Assembly: GCF_032191835.1 (NCBI RefSeq)
Contig: NC_083242.1
Span: 38,316,001 to 38,380,000, forward strand
DNA length: 64,000 bases
Source: Heteronotia binoei
Taxonomy: Eukaryota
Reading direction: 5' to 3'
How positions within the stretch are numbered: position 1 is the stretch's first letter; each line of letters begins with the position of its first letter. Below the pieces are notes generated by a model. The model ran no database searches. It was given only the letters and a program-made list of their open reading frames with translations, and was not told the origin of the DNA. The position numbers and the translations under genes are program-made. Below are positions 39,245-52,040 of the stretch, piece after piece.

Positions 39245-42200
39245 CTAGTTTCCAGCAGAACGTTTCCCTAAAGCCCCAAGACAAGAAGACACATTTGTCA
39301 ATGCATCCCAAGCTCACCTGGCAGAGAGAACTTCAACAGGTACAGGCAGCGAGAGGAAAAGATGTGGTCTAGGCTTGCAGAATCCCAGGTGCCTTTCCTC
39401 CCTGAAATGGCTCTGGTCCCACCTGGCGCCCTCTAGAACTAATCTCGGCAAGGTGGGGGGGGGGCGGGTGAACAGGGTGCTTCACCTTCTCCGCTGGGAC
39501 TCTCCTGTCAAGCAAAGGCCTGTCTCAAGGGATGTGGAGGCCTCGGATGTGTTTGAGGGTCACCCAGAGAGGCCCCCTTGGCTGCCTTCTGCCTCCACTG
39601 CCCTTCACTACCTAGATCCTCCCAGCAACACCTCCTCCACCTGCACCAGTTTGGTGTAGTGGTTAAGTGTGCAAACTCTTTATCTGGGAGAACCAGGTTT
39701 GATTCCCCCTCCTCCACTTGCACCTGCTGGAATGGCCTTGGGTCAGCCAGAGCTGTGGCAGAGATGTCCTTGAAAGGGCAGCTGCTGTGAGAGCTCTCTC
39801 AGCCCCATCTACCTCACAGGGGGGAGGAAGTAAAGGAGACTGAGAGAAGGGTGGGGGATAAATCCAATATTCTATCATCACCACCCCGCCTTTCTCCCCT
39901 CCACCTTGTCAAAGAAGTGGCCCCTTTCAGAACACGGTGTCCTGGTTGCCCCTAGAAGCAGAAGGCACCCAGAGGAGGGGGTGGGCAATGGGGGCGGAGC
40001 TCCCCAACAGCTCCTTCCAATCCCAGCTGAGCTCTGCCTGCCAGCATCCCTGCAGCCGGACACGGAGGCTTGTGCATGAAAAGAACAGAAGAGGCTGCCT
40101 ACCTCAGGGGGTGAGTCAGGAGCTAAACAGTTTCTTTAGTTTAGCTAGGAACCCCTCCTCTTGGCCGTCCCCTGCCTCCGGCCTGGCCTGGCCTGCCCCC
40201 GCTCTAGCCGAGCCCCAGTCACCTGGACACAAACAGCAGAGAGCAGTGGCATCAGGGCACACCCTGGCACACAGTGCCGCCACCCCCTCGCCCAGCTGCC
40301 CACTGAGGAGGGGGAGGGGACAGCTGTCCTTCTTTCAGGGAACCCAGCTGGGCTCAGGGCCTCCGAGCATCTCCACGGGCCCCGTGGCCTGCAGCGGAGC
40401 GCTCCAAACATCCCCCTGCTCTTCCCCGGCTGCACACCCTCAGCTGCCTCCTGGGAATGCAATCGACTGCCCCTCCCAACCCCACTTCAGTGCTGGGCAC
40501 TTTCCTCTCTGCCATGGGCTCCCCCCCAACTTGAAAACCCATCTCCTGGGGAATTCCCACCAGCCATTCCCTCTGCCCAGGGATCCTCTGCATGATCCAG
40601 AGGGAATGTGGGAGGGCACCCCACGGCCCATCCCCTCCTCCCAACCTGTCTCCTGATGCCTCTCGGGGCTCCCACTTTGTTCCCCATCGTCTCCCTCCCT
40701 CCTCCTGACTCTCCCACGGCCAGGAGTGGGTGGAGGGAGGCGGTGGGGGTGGGACTGGCCTGGGGGAGGGGCTGTGGCCTAGCTTCAGCTGCCCCCTGCA
40801 GGGTCATGACTGGCATCACTTCACAGCAACGACTTCATCACCAGCAAAAAGCGGAGGGGGGGGAGGTGTGATAGAGAAGGAACTGCCCTCTCCCCCCCCC
40901 CCCCATGAGAACTTAAAAACAAAGGGAAGGAGGATTCACACTCCCCTCCGACTAGAACACCCACCCGGTCAGCCCTGCACTCAGTCCCAGTGCCTATTGC
41001 ATATGCTGCCCTTCTCCTTATTCCCCTGCACTCCGTTGCCCGGTTTGCGCATCATGGGATGTCCCTTCTCAGACAGTCTTCTTGTTTGCCTCGTTTCCCC
41101 AGCTCCTGTGCTACTCCACAGTCTCTTGGAGAGCTCTGCTGTTGGCCTGAATCGTTTCCTCCATTCTGTACCCCCAGCCCTGAGTCTCAGCAAGAAAAGG
41201 CAGATGATGCCACAAGATAAATAAGGCCAAATAAGAGTGCTTCTTCCTACTTCCTGCCCAGTTTGGCCCCAAATCAGCCTCTGCCTGCTTGAAGGAGAAC
41301 GTCAGAGGCTGCCTCACTGCCAGCAGCACAAGCTCTACTTGACCTCCATCCCCAGTGCCTTAAAAGACTGCAGAAGAACCACACTGAGTCGTGGAGAAAG
41401 GCCCAAAGAGCCTGTTGATGGGAGCAGGGCTGAGTCCTGCCTCCCACTTGGAAGCTCTGGCCCTATTTTGGGGGGGTGGGGGGCAGGCTCTGCCCAGAGG
41501 GGCTTCTGCTCCACACAGCTGGTCCCTGCTGAGACAACTCAAGGACACCCCCATGCCACATTGCACCCCCTGAGACCACAACCAGCCTGACACTTCAGAT
41601 GGAGGGGGGGGGATTGCTCCTCCCAGCCCCAGGCCCCGCCTACCAGTGGTGGTGTTGGTGATCCCATTCACCGTCCCGTCCACCTCTGTTTCATCCTCCG
41701 CGTAGCTCAGCATCAAGGCTCGCTGGCGCTCCGTCAGTCTCCTGCAGCGGGGAGGAAAAAGAGACCGTGACTGGGGCGGTGGGGGGAAGGCCTGCCACGC
41801 GGAAGCGAAGAGAGACAGACTTGAACATGGAGTCGCATTTCTTCCAGCTTCCACCCAAGGAACTCTTTTGAAAACCAAGGGGCCTCTTTACCTGGTTGCT
41901 ATAGACAGCACACACAGAAGTAGTCCCGGAAGTGGGCGAATGAGTTACAAGGAAAATTTGGAGGGGGGGGGGGCACGATTCCCCAGGTCAAGGAATGGAG
42001 CAAGAGAGCCAAGTCAGATGCTCATGGCAGAAATCCCAGATGAGGGTCTCTGTAAATGCCTCTCCCTCTCTCACACAGTATGTTCTCAGAGAATATCCTC
42101 TTCCCATGATAACCTTGACTTACTTGGGAATTCTGATCTTTATGTGAATGTAGTGGTCTCCGTAACCATAACTGTTAACCCTTGGAATGCCCTTCCCGCT

Positions 42201-45200
42201 CATCCGGATCCTCTGATCTGTCTGGATCCCTGCAGGTATCTGTGAGGGGAACAGAAACGGGGGGGCTCTGTCACGCATCTGCCCACAGACCCTCTTCAGA
42301 GACTTTGCTGACTTCTCCTGGGAGCTGGGCCCGCTGGTGAGGACAAGCTAAAAAAGTTTAGTGATGACTGCAGAAAACAGTGCGGGGAGGGGAGAGACCA
42401 GTGATCCAGTTTGACCTTCTTTGGCAAGCAGGACAAGAGGGGTGGATCCCTTGGTCTGCTTTCTCAGCATCTCTTTCAGGAAACAGTCCCCAACAAGTCT
42501 GGATAAAGGCAGAACCAGTGGCCTCCTCAGCCCTCCCCGCAGCGCCTTGTCTGGTTTCTGCTTCGCTCTGTTGGAGGAAGCGGCTTCCCGTGGCCGCTGC
42601 TACCTACGGTGATGCTGATGGTCTCGTACAGACCAGAAGTGCGGGCCGTCCCCCCCAAGACTGCCTGCGCCACCGAGATGAAGAGGTCTGAATGGATGTC
42701 CGCACCGTCTCTCCTGAACACAGGACTCTTCTGGACCTGAGAAGAACGAGCAGACAGGGTTCTCAGGCAGGGGGGTGAGGAGGGGCGGCACAGGTCACCG
42801 TCGTGTTCTGAAACTGAGTGCCCCACGGCAGTTGCCCAAAGGGGGGCCTACCCTGAAGGTGATGAAGATTTCCTTCTTCCCCACAGGCATGCGAACCGTC
42901 TGCCCGTCCTCCACACCTGAAACCCAACGAGAGGAAAAGGGTCAAGTCTTTGGCCTGAGGCGACCCTTGCCGACTCCTGGCTTTCACGGGCCACCCTCAA
43001 CCCCGTTCGGTTGCACGCAAGGGGGGCTTCTGGCGCTTCTCAGGCCCCGAGGCCTGTGCCTCTTCAGTTCTGCTCAGAGAAGCAGCTTTTAATGACATTT
43101 TATCAGGCTTTCTTGGGGAAGGGGGTTGGTTTTGAGATTTCCATTGCCCTGAGCCACAGGCAAAGCCAGGGCTGTCAGAGGGCCAAACAAGAGATCTGAA
43201 GCTGTCCTCAGTCACGTCGGTTCGTTCCTTCAAGGACAGCCAGCAGCTGAGGGAGCTCTTGGGCACTCCCAACACACAAGCTGCTGCATCCCTCCATGCG
43301 GCCAGCAGTCACCCTCCGGCAGGACATTTTGAGAGGAGGAGGAAGAGGAGCGTTCCTTTCCGGGGAGTGATATTGGAGGCAGACCCCTTTGCAGCTCCTC
43401 AGTCCCACCGCACAGACACCTGCTTGCTGAGACAGCTTTCCAGGGCACCTCCCAAAGGGGACGAAGAGGCCCAGGAGCAAGGAAGGTGCTTCTGGGAGCA
43501 ACCTACTTGCTTACCGCCATTCAGCCCAGGGCCAGAGTTCCCTCCCTGGTGCCTTCTGCAGGGGGTGGCTGCTCTCTCCTCCCTCTGACCCAACCCAGCT
43601 ACTCAGCACCAGCCGCCCCACCAGCACTGACCTGCTGGAACGGGGACCATCACGGTCTTCTTCTGCTTGGTCTGGCCTGTGCCCCGGCATAACCCACAGG
43701 GGGTCGTCATGACAGAGCCTCGGCCGCCACACCTCCGGCACGTCGAGCGCATCACAAAGGGCCCCGTGTTGATCGTCTCCTGGGGAGGGAGAAACAAGCA
43801 CGGGCCGAGTCAGCATCCCCAGGACAGTTTCTTCTTCCACCAGATATGATGTCATCATCCACATCCGCTGACCCCCCAGACCCTCATTCCCAAGGGCAGA
43901 GGCATAACTGGGGTAAGCAAGAAGAGGAGGTCCTCCTGCTGGTAGAAGCGGGGCCTTCTAAGGGGCTGCCCCTCTTGGCTGGCCGACAGGCTTACCATGC
44001 CAGTGCCGTTGCAGTAGTGGCAGTGCTGCACTTTGGTGCCCGGCTCGTGGCCTCGGCCATCGCAGCGCTGGCAGGCGTCGTTGATGTTCACCACGATCTC
44101 CTTGTTCACGCCCTTTGCTGCCTGAGTGAATGTCAGCTCCATGATGTACTGGGGAGGAAGAGAACAAGGGTCACTTGCGTCACCCCGTGGCTCAGGTCAC
44201 GGCCCTTCCTGACGCCCCACCACTTTACATGCAGGGAAGCAAAGAGCAGGAGACGCCGCGTTTCTCATGCCACACTTGGTCACATTCACAGAGGGTGTCG
44301 TAGCAAAGGTACCAAGCAGCAACAGCAGCACCCCAGAACAAAAGCCGTCCTTTCCCCTCTCTTCTCCAGGGACACTCGCCCTGAATTAGGCATCAGTTCT
44401 TCTCACAACCAGCAGAATCTACTTCTGAGTTGAAGCATTAACCAACTAACTGACAAAGGTAGATCTATTATACCTTTTCTCAAGAGGCGCTGGGTTCCAA
44501 AGCTCATGTTTGCTCCAAGGAAGTTCAGGCTTGGAGAGTGCTTAGCTCACCCCGCACTTGCCTACCCCATTTTGCAAAGATGCCCTGGCTATCCTCATGG
44601 CTGTCCCCGCCCCCCAACCTGCCCATCTGGAACCAGCTGGCCAAGGAAAAAGAAACAAGTGGGAGGAGTGGGAAAGGAGTTCGCAGTGGGCAGGCAAAGC
44701 CCCCCCCCCCACCCAGCCTCTGTATTATGAGGCGCTCCACGAGGAGACTCTACAACGTGTCCTGCCCTCAAAAGGGACTTCCGCAACAGGAGTCAGCGCT
44801 CACCTCCTGCGGCTGGTCAAAGACAGTGTGGAAGTCTCCAAAGGGGGACCCGGAAAACTCCCCAAAGATCTTCCGGAAGAGCTCCTCGGGATCCACGGAG
44901 GGCCCTCTGCCCCAGTACTGCTGCCCGGAGCCCGCCGCGCCAGGGTCAAAGCCGGCTGTGCCATAGATGTCGTACTGCTTCCGCTTCACCTCGTCGCTCA
45001 AGACCTGCAAGGAAGGCCACGTTGCCACAGCTTCCTTCTCTAGACTTCTGGGCTGTGAAAACAAGGAAACACCCCCCCTCCCCCCGGACATGGCCTCTCC
45101 CAAGGGGGCCCCTCACCTCATAGGCTTCTGCCAGCTGGGAGAACTTCTCCTTTGCTTTGGGGTCCTCTTTATTGGCATCTGGGTGGTATTTCTTGGCCAG

Positions 45201-48200
45201 CTGAGGGAAGAAAGACTCACTTGCACTGAGGCTTATGGAGGGGGTTTACTTTATGTTAACTGTCCAGATGTGCAATTCAGAGAAGAATACAACGATAAAA
45301 CACACAATTTTGTTCAACAGTAATATCACCACTTTTTAAGACAAACAACAAGAAGAGACTGGATTTATATCCCACCCTTCACTACCTAAAGGAGTCTCAG
45401 AGCATCTTACAATCTCCTTCCCTTCCTCTCCCCACAACAGACACCCTGTGAAGTAAGTGGGGGCGAGGGAGCTCTTGAGAGAACTGCTCTTGAGAGAACA
45501 GCCCTGAGAAAACTTGTGACTGACCCAAGGTCACTCCAGCAGTTACATTTATTTATTTATTATATTTATATCCCGCCTTCCCCTGGCAGGTCAGGGCGGC
45601 TAACAATTAAAACAAAATAAAATTAAAGTGTTACAGTAAAATCACGATAAATTATATGGAGGAGTGGGGAATCAAACCCGGTTCTCCCAGATTAGAGTCT
45701 GTATTTAACCACTTTACCAAACAAAAGCAGCATAATCCAAAGCAAAATAACTTTAACAAAAACAGGAACTTTAAGAAGGAGCCCCAAAGAAAAAAATATC
45801 AGGATAAGAAACATTAATCCACCTATATATAATAATAATAATAACTTTATATTTCTATCCCGCCCTCCCCGCCAAGGCAGGCTCAGGGCGGCTCACAGCA
45901 TAAAAATACATTATACATCAAGTTATACTTATAAAATCATGGTTAAAACAATTTACAGATTATATTAAAATTAACATTAACAATATGGTGCTATAAACAT
46001 TAGATCTTCAATAGAATTCAGTAACTAAAAGCATTTTCAGCGGCACTTCTTAGCTTGTCGTTAGTTGAAGCTACCCACCAAAGCCATCCACTAATTTCTC
46101 CTCTTTCTCTCAACCTGATCAGAGGAGGCATTTTAATCCCCCATTCTCTTTCGCCACACCCTTGGTGTGCTAGCTCCGTCCTTTCAGTGGTGATCAATTT
46201 GTGATGATCGTTGCTTAATATTTTATCCAAAAACAACAGTACAGAACACAGTAAGACCCTCTGAAATATCACAACATTGTCAGCAAGCTTTTGAGTTCAT
46301 CAGAAATGTTCTTCAGGCTGGATATTTAACAAAGAAACAAAAGATTTAAAAAACAAAACCAGGAGTGCCACAACAGAAGAGGGAAAGATGTGAAGCATGA
46401 AAAGTCCAAATCTGTGGGTGGAATTAATGTTTCTTTTTCTTCATTTTAAAATGACGTGAAGGCAGACTTCATTGTAGGAAGCTCCCCCTTATCTCCCAGC
46501 CTAATTATGAGCTTTGAGATGTAAGGTCAGCACTTTCCAGTATTTTAATTGGCCTTAAAAATGGCTTTGGAGGGTTTTTTTATATGGACCAGCATGACTA
46601 CTGGCAATTTCTGTCTGTTTTGCAGAAGATCTTATGTAGCTAAACTTAAAAACAAAACTGGTTTTAAGGTAGAATGATTCTAGCATTATCCTCGGTTATA
46701 AGGACTGTAATGGTTTGTCTCATTTCTCCACAGCTGGGGACAGAAGGTGGCAACCGGGGAGAGGGTTTCAATGCGTCACCCTTTGGAGTGCAGAGTCCCC
46801 ACGGGGCAATCTTCTCACCAGTGCTTTTAACATCGACATGCGCCCTCTCGCCTGGCTGATATGGAGGTTTGGCCTGGAATGTCACCAGGACGCTGATGAC
46901 ACTCAGCTGCATCGGTTGATGGCCAGCTGGCAAAATGCTGGTTCAGACAATCAGGCAGGGGCTGTATCTGGTTGGTTGTAACAGAGCTGGCTGAAACTAA
47001 ATCCATCAAAGACAGAGGTTTCATGGCAGAGAGCTGAGGACACCTCAGGCTGGGATGTCAACTTCCAGTTCTTGACGGTGAGCCACTGGCACCAAGGCCA
47101 CTTGTGAAAAGCTTACGCTCAGACTCAACATGCTTTCGAATGAAGCAAATCACAAAATTAACCCAGTAGACTTTACTAAACTCTAAAATCCTTAGGGAAT
47201 TCAAAGTGTGTGTGTGTGTGTGGGGGGGGAATCCTGACTTTTCCCAGGCCTTCCCATCTCTGGCTGTTCCTCCGAGAGCCGCATGAGAGGCAGCTGACAA
47301 GGTCAAGAAAGCAGAAGCCTGACTTCACACACCTGCCACCCCATACAGAGCGCCCATGAACACAGTCAAAGATCCCCTGGCAACGGCATGAGGAAAATCT
47401 CTAGTTTCACCCTGGGACATCAGGCTTCAATGCCCTCAGTCACTGCAGCCTATACATCCACCCCTTTCAGATAATGAAACAATGTTTAAGACAATTAAAA
47501 AGCAGCAGCAGCAACAGCCACAGTCTTTCCTAATAATCGGTTTCCCGGGCAGCTGAACCCAGCATAGTCCTCAGAAGCTGGCAGTTTTCCTTCTCCCCTT
47601 ACAAAGAAGTTGTTCCCTTCAGCATGGGGTAGGGTGAGATGAAAGGATCCTAGTGCAGCCAGCTGAAAGCACATGGGCAAAGCAGTCCAGAGCTCGCTTC
47701 AGCATCTCTGGAGCTGGGGCAGCTGATGGATGTCTAGGAGGGCTGAGTTCAGTTGACCCTCACCACTCACACACTTCCCCTGCCACCAGTCTGTACCTGT
47801 CCTCCCAGCTGCCAAGAGACACTGAGGAAGGGCATGTATTAGGAATGGAAATGAAAACAAATCAGCCAGTATCATAATGCCCCTGTATAAATAGATGGTG
47901 CGGTCTCATTTGGAATACTGTGTACAATTCTGGTCACCGCACCTCAAAAAGGATATTATAGCATTGGAAAAAGTCCAGAAAAGGGCAACTAGAATGATTA
48001 AACGTTTGGAATACTTTCCCTATGAAGAAAGGTTAAAACACTTGGGGTTCTTTAGCTTGGAGAAATGTCAACTGTGGGATGACATAAGAGGTTTACAAGA
48101 TTATGCATGGGAGAGAGAAGGTAGAGAAAGAAGTTCTTTTTCTCCCTTTCTCACAATACAAGAACTCATGGGCATTCAATGAAATTGCTGAGCAGTCAGG

Positions 48201-50681
48201 TTAAAATGGATAAAAGGAAGTACTTCTTCACCCAAAGGGTGATTAACATGTGGCATTCACTGCCACAGGAGGTGGCGGCGGCTACAAGCATAGCCAGCTT
48301 TAAGAGGGGTTTGGATAAAAATATGGAGCAGAGGTCCATCAGTGGCTATTAGCTATAGCATATTATTGGAACTGTCTGGGGCAGTGATGCTCTGTGTTCT
48401 TGGTGCTTGGGGAGAAAGGGCAAAGTGGAAGGGCTCCAAGCCCCACTTGTGAACCTCCTTTCTTTTCTGGCCACTGTGTGACACAGTGTTGGACTGGATG
48501 GGCCACTGGCCTGATCCAACATGGCTTCTCTTATGTTCTTCTGTGACACAGAGTGTTGGACTGGATGGGCCATTGGCCTGATCCAACAGGGCTTCTCCTA
48601 TGTTCTTATGTGACACAGAGTGTTGGACTGGATGGGCCACTGGCCTGATCCAACATGGCTTCTCTTATGTTCTTCTGTGACACAGAGTGTTGGACTGGAT
48701 GGGCCACTGGCCTTATCCAACATGGCTTCTCTTATGTTCTTCTGTGACACAGAGTGTTGGACTGGATGGGCCATTGGCCTGATCCAACATGGCTTCTTTT
48801 GTGTTCTTATGTGGGTGGTCCACAGTTGGGGCACACTCAGGGGCAATGGGCAGCAGCACTCCCAGCTGCATCCACTGGCCAGTGCTGATGGGAAAAGGGC
48901 ACACAGGTGATGCGGTGGGAGGGCTTGCAAGCAGCAGAACATGTGGGCAGGTGGGAGTGGAAAGGAGAGAGGGAGGGGGCCTGGGCAGAAAATGCCCAGG
49001 GGCACCCAAAACCTAGAACCAGCCCTAGAGCAGTCCCATTACAAATGGGAAGCTGAGGATGAGTAAGAGTAGCCCACCCCAAAGGTCACCTGGTGAGTTC
49101 CTGGAAAAAATTTGGTTTGAACTGGGAACTCCCCAGACCACAACTCATTCTGCTTGCTACAACCCTACAACGATTTTTATTTGTGTGTGTGTCTGCGTGG
49201 AGAAGGAGAGAGAGAACAAGAATCCAGCAACACCTTAAAGACTAACAAAATTTGTGGGAAGGGAGGAAAGGCCGTCCCCTGCCACAAATTTAGCTAGTCT
49301 TTAAGGTGCTACTGGAGTCTTGCTCTTAGATAAACAGGCAGGCAGACATCCCACCTGGACCCAAAGTGCCCCCACCCCCCACGGCTGACTTTCCTATTTT
49401 AAGAGCTAAGACCTGGCCCAATCCTCTTCAGTAAGCATACCTGATAATAGGCCTTCTTGATCTCCTTCTGGCTGGCAGTCCGAGGCACTCCCAAAACCTG
49501 GTAATAATCCTCTTTGGCAGAGGCCGCAGAGCTGGTGTGAAATGAGGCAACATGGAGGAGAGGATGAGGTTGGAACCCTGCAGAAAGCACAAACAGGATG
49601 AGAAGGCAGCCCAGCAAGATTTGTGCACTGAGAGGACAACCGGCCCCTTCAAAATCCAGGCTCAGGGCAGTTGCAAGGCTTCACATAACCCACCTGTGCT
49701 ATCCTCACGTTACAAAGTCCACACTCAGGCCAAGCAGCTGACGCTGTATTTAAAACAACCGTTCTGTACAGCCTGAGACCAAAGCGAGATAACTTATGTC
49801 AGTGATCTCATGGCCCAGGTCCACAGAACACTACTGCTTTCAGCTACCCGGCCAGCTGTTGATAGAGATAAATGTACAGCTCCTTTGCATAAGCTGTGGG
49901 AAGTTCTCTAAGTAAATCTCTACAAAAACCGGTTTCGGAAACCTTTGCTGCTTGAATAGAAGACTGATTTATACCTTCAGATGTTGGTCTGAGGCAGCAG
50001 AACAAAGTCCGAGTCACCTTTAAAACCAGCAATGTTTGGTTCTGGGTTATAAGCTATCGGGTGTATGCCCACATTTCTGTGAAGTGTGTGTGCACCCAAA
50101 AGCTTGCACTCAGAATCAAACATTGCTGGTCTTAAAGGTGCCACTGGACTCAATCTTTACTGATATCTTGGCTTTGTAATTCAAACCGGCGATATGAAAA
50201 AAATGCATTTTCTCCCGGAGGGAGGCTGGCAGGCCATGCCCCTTCCCAATGCAAAGGAAATCTGCAAAGCACCAGCAGCGGCCTCTCCCCCAACCGGCCT
50301 GGAGGAAAACGCCCCTTCCACAGAGGAGGCCGAATGGGGTGTCCTTTAGCAGGCGTCCCCATGAAAAGCTGCAGCCGCTATGGAAGGGAGCGCGCCTATT
50401 CTGTGCAGGGCTGCCCCGTCTCAGCGTCCCCTCCCGGGCAGCCCCGTCCAGACGCAGCTCTTCCTTCCCAGCCCCAGCAGCGCTCTGCACACGCCCAGAG
50501 GCACCCTCGCCGCCGGGCCCGCAGACTCACCGGGGCGGCTGCAGAGCCGCGGCGCCAGGGCCGGGCAGGGCGGGAGAGCCCCAAGCCCCATGCTCACACC
50601 CCGGGCCAGGCGCAGGGCCAGCGGGCACCGCCGCGCCCCCTCGGCCACCCGCAGCCAGCGTGAGGAGCACACGGCAGCCAT
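39245..50681 (-). CDS. DNAJA3: DnaJ homolog subfamily A member 3, mitochondrial (Tid1); long form 462 aa, short form 434 aa
   Basis: Exons 50681-50531, 49577-49441, 45200-45117, 45004-44804, 44148-43996, 43779-43632, 42916-42852, 42736-42608, 42239-42124, 41741-41644, then 40222-40116 (long) or 39267-39245 (short). Arg-rich presequence, J domain with HPD, four CxxCxGxG motifs. Confidence 0.98.
39645..39870 (+). mobile_element. tRNA-derived SINE (family S1) in the last DNAJA3 intron
   Basis: ccagtttggtgtagtggttaagtgtgc head, shared body, gggataaatccaat tail. Confidence 0.8.
40103..40222 (-). CDS. DNAJA3: DNAJA3 alternatively spliced Tid1-L exon
   Basis: Acceptor tgtgtccag|GT, encodes [34 protein letters not shown], then donor GAG|GTAGGC. 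Skipping gives GKRSAGN* from exon 39267-39245. Confidence 0.9.
45357..45722 (-). mobile_element. S1-related SINE interrupted by an L2-type AT-rich tail
   Basis: SINE tail at ~45357 and head (accactttaccaaac) at ~45720, with a tttatatcccgccttccc..gggcggct L2 terminus inserted at ~45545-45655. Confidence 0.65.
46680..47030 (+). mobile_element. Degenerate L2 RT fragment
   Basis: ORF 46715-46981 contains [18 protein letters not shown], a decayed RT domain with YADD-type motif. Confidence 0.7.
47855..48812 (+). mobile_element. CR1 family B 3' fragment ending in five tandem ~67-bp terminal units
   Basis: ORF 47895-48182 ([29 protein letters not shown]); units start gtgacaca at 48478, 48543, 48610, 48677 and 48744. 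Confidence 0.92.
49210..49328. mobile_element. Palindromic Penelope-terminus-derived element
   Basis: agaacaagaatccagcaacaccttaaagactaacaaaatttgtgg...ccacaaatttagctagtctttaaggtgctactggagtcttgctct fold-back; a related palindrome lies at ~50005-50155. Confidence 0.6.
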
Positions 50682-50689
50682 CTTGGGGG

Positions 50690-50830
50690 CCCGGGCGCAA
50701 GGCGCATGCGCGACCTCCGCAACCGGCGCCGGCGAGGCCAAACGCTCCTGCTGCGCAAGCGCCCTACACGGCAGGGTTCTACTGCGCGTGCGCGCGGTTG
50801 TCGGTCGTTTCCAAGACTTTTTGCTGCGGT
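50690..50830 (-). promoter_or_regulatory. DNAJA3 CpG-island promoter
   Basis: Perfect NRF1 palindrome GCGCATGCGC at 50702-50711 and NRF1-like TGCGCGTGCGC at ~50783; typical of nuclear-encoded mitochondrial genes. Confidence 0.7.
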
Positions 50831-50979
50831 CAATCTGCCCCTGCGCGCCTCTGGCTCTTAAAGCCCTTCATCCTTCTTCACTTCTGGGGCCAGTTGCAGT
50901 GAAGTCAAGAACACAATATGAAGTTCGAAATTAATTAGGCTTCTCCATATTTCATAAATTATTAATAGCTAATAGCCAT

Positions 50980-51187
50980 TGGGGAGGGACGGTGGCTCAG
51001 TGGTAGAGCATCTGCTTGGTAAGCAGAAGGTTCCAGGTTCAATCCCCGGCATCTGCAAAAAAGGGTCCAGGCAAATAGGTGTGAAAAACCTCCGCTGGAG
51101 ACCCTGGAGAGCCGCTGCCAGTCTGAGAAGACAATACTGACTTTGATGGACCAAGGGTCTGATTCAGTAGAAGGCAGCTTCATATGA
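50980..51187 (+). mobile_element. Full-length tRNA-Ala-derived SINE (S2) nested in a CR1 3' UTR
   Basis: Interrupts the CR1 sequence ...gctaatagccattg|gggacctctgctcc. Confidence 0.75.
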
Positions 51188-51189
51188 GG

Positions 51190-52040
51190 GACCTCTGCTC
51201 CATATTTTTATCTAGCCCCCTCTTGAAGCTGTCTATGCTTGTAGCTGCCACCATCTCTTGTGGCAGCGAATTCCACATGTTAATCACCTTTTGGGTGAAG
51301 AAGAACCTCCTTTTATCCGTTTTAACCTGACTGCTCAGCAATTTCATCAAATGCCCACGAGTTTTTGTATTGTGAGAAAGGGAGAAAAGTCCTTCTTTCT
51401 CTACTTTCTCCATCCCATGCATTATCTTGTAAACCTCTATCATGTCACCCCGCAGTCGACGTTTCTCCAAGCTAAAGAGTCCCAAGCGTTTCAACCTTTC
51501 TTCATAGGGAAAGTGTTACAACCCTTTAATCATTCTAGTTGCCCTTTTCTGGATTTTTTCCAGTGCTATAATATCCTTTTTGAGGTGCGGTGACCAGAAT
51601 TGTACACAGTATTCCAAATGAGACTGCACCATTGATTTATACAGAGGCATTATGATACTGGCTGATTTGTTTTCAATTTCCTTCCTAATAATTCCCAGCA
51701 TGGCGTTGGCCGTTTTTATTGCAATTGCACACTGTCTTGACATTTTCAGTGAGTTATCTACCACGACCCCAAGATCTCTCTCTTGGTCAGTCTCTGCCAG
51801 TTCACACCCCATCAACTTGTATTTGTAGCTGGGATTCTTGGCCCCAATGTGCATTACTTTGCACTTGGCCACATTGAACCGCATCTGCCACATTGACGCC
51901 CACTCACCCAGCCTCAACAGACCCCTTTGGAGCGCCTCACAATCCTCTCTGGTTCTCACCACCCTGAACAATTTAGTGTCATCTGCAAACCTGGCCACTT
52001 CACTGCTCACTCCCAACTCCAAATCATTTTTGAACAAGTT
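51190..52040 (-). mobile_element. CR1 family B 3' fragment
   Basis: ORF 51516-52037: [44 protein letters not shown] (RT C-terminus). Confidence 0.95.

Noticed and set aside
48478-48812. Regularly spaced repeats (also 53318-53777, 14751-15450, 11733-12235) resembling CRISPR arrays
   Set aside because: The units are contiguous with no unique spacers, there are no cas genes, the context is vertebrate, and the units derive from CR1 ends or promoter DNA.
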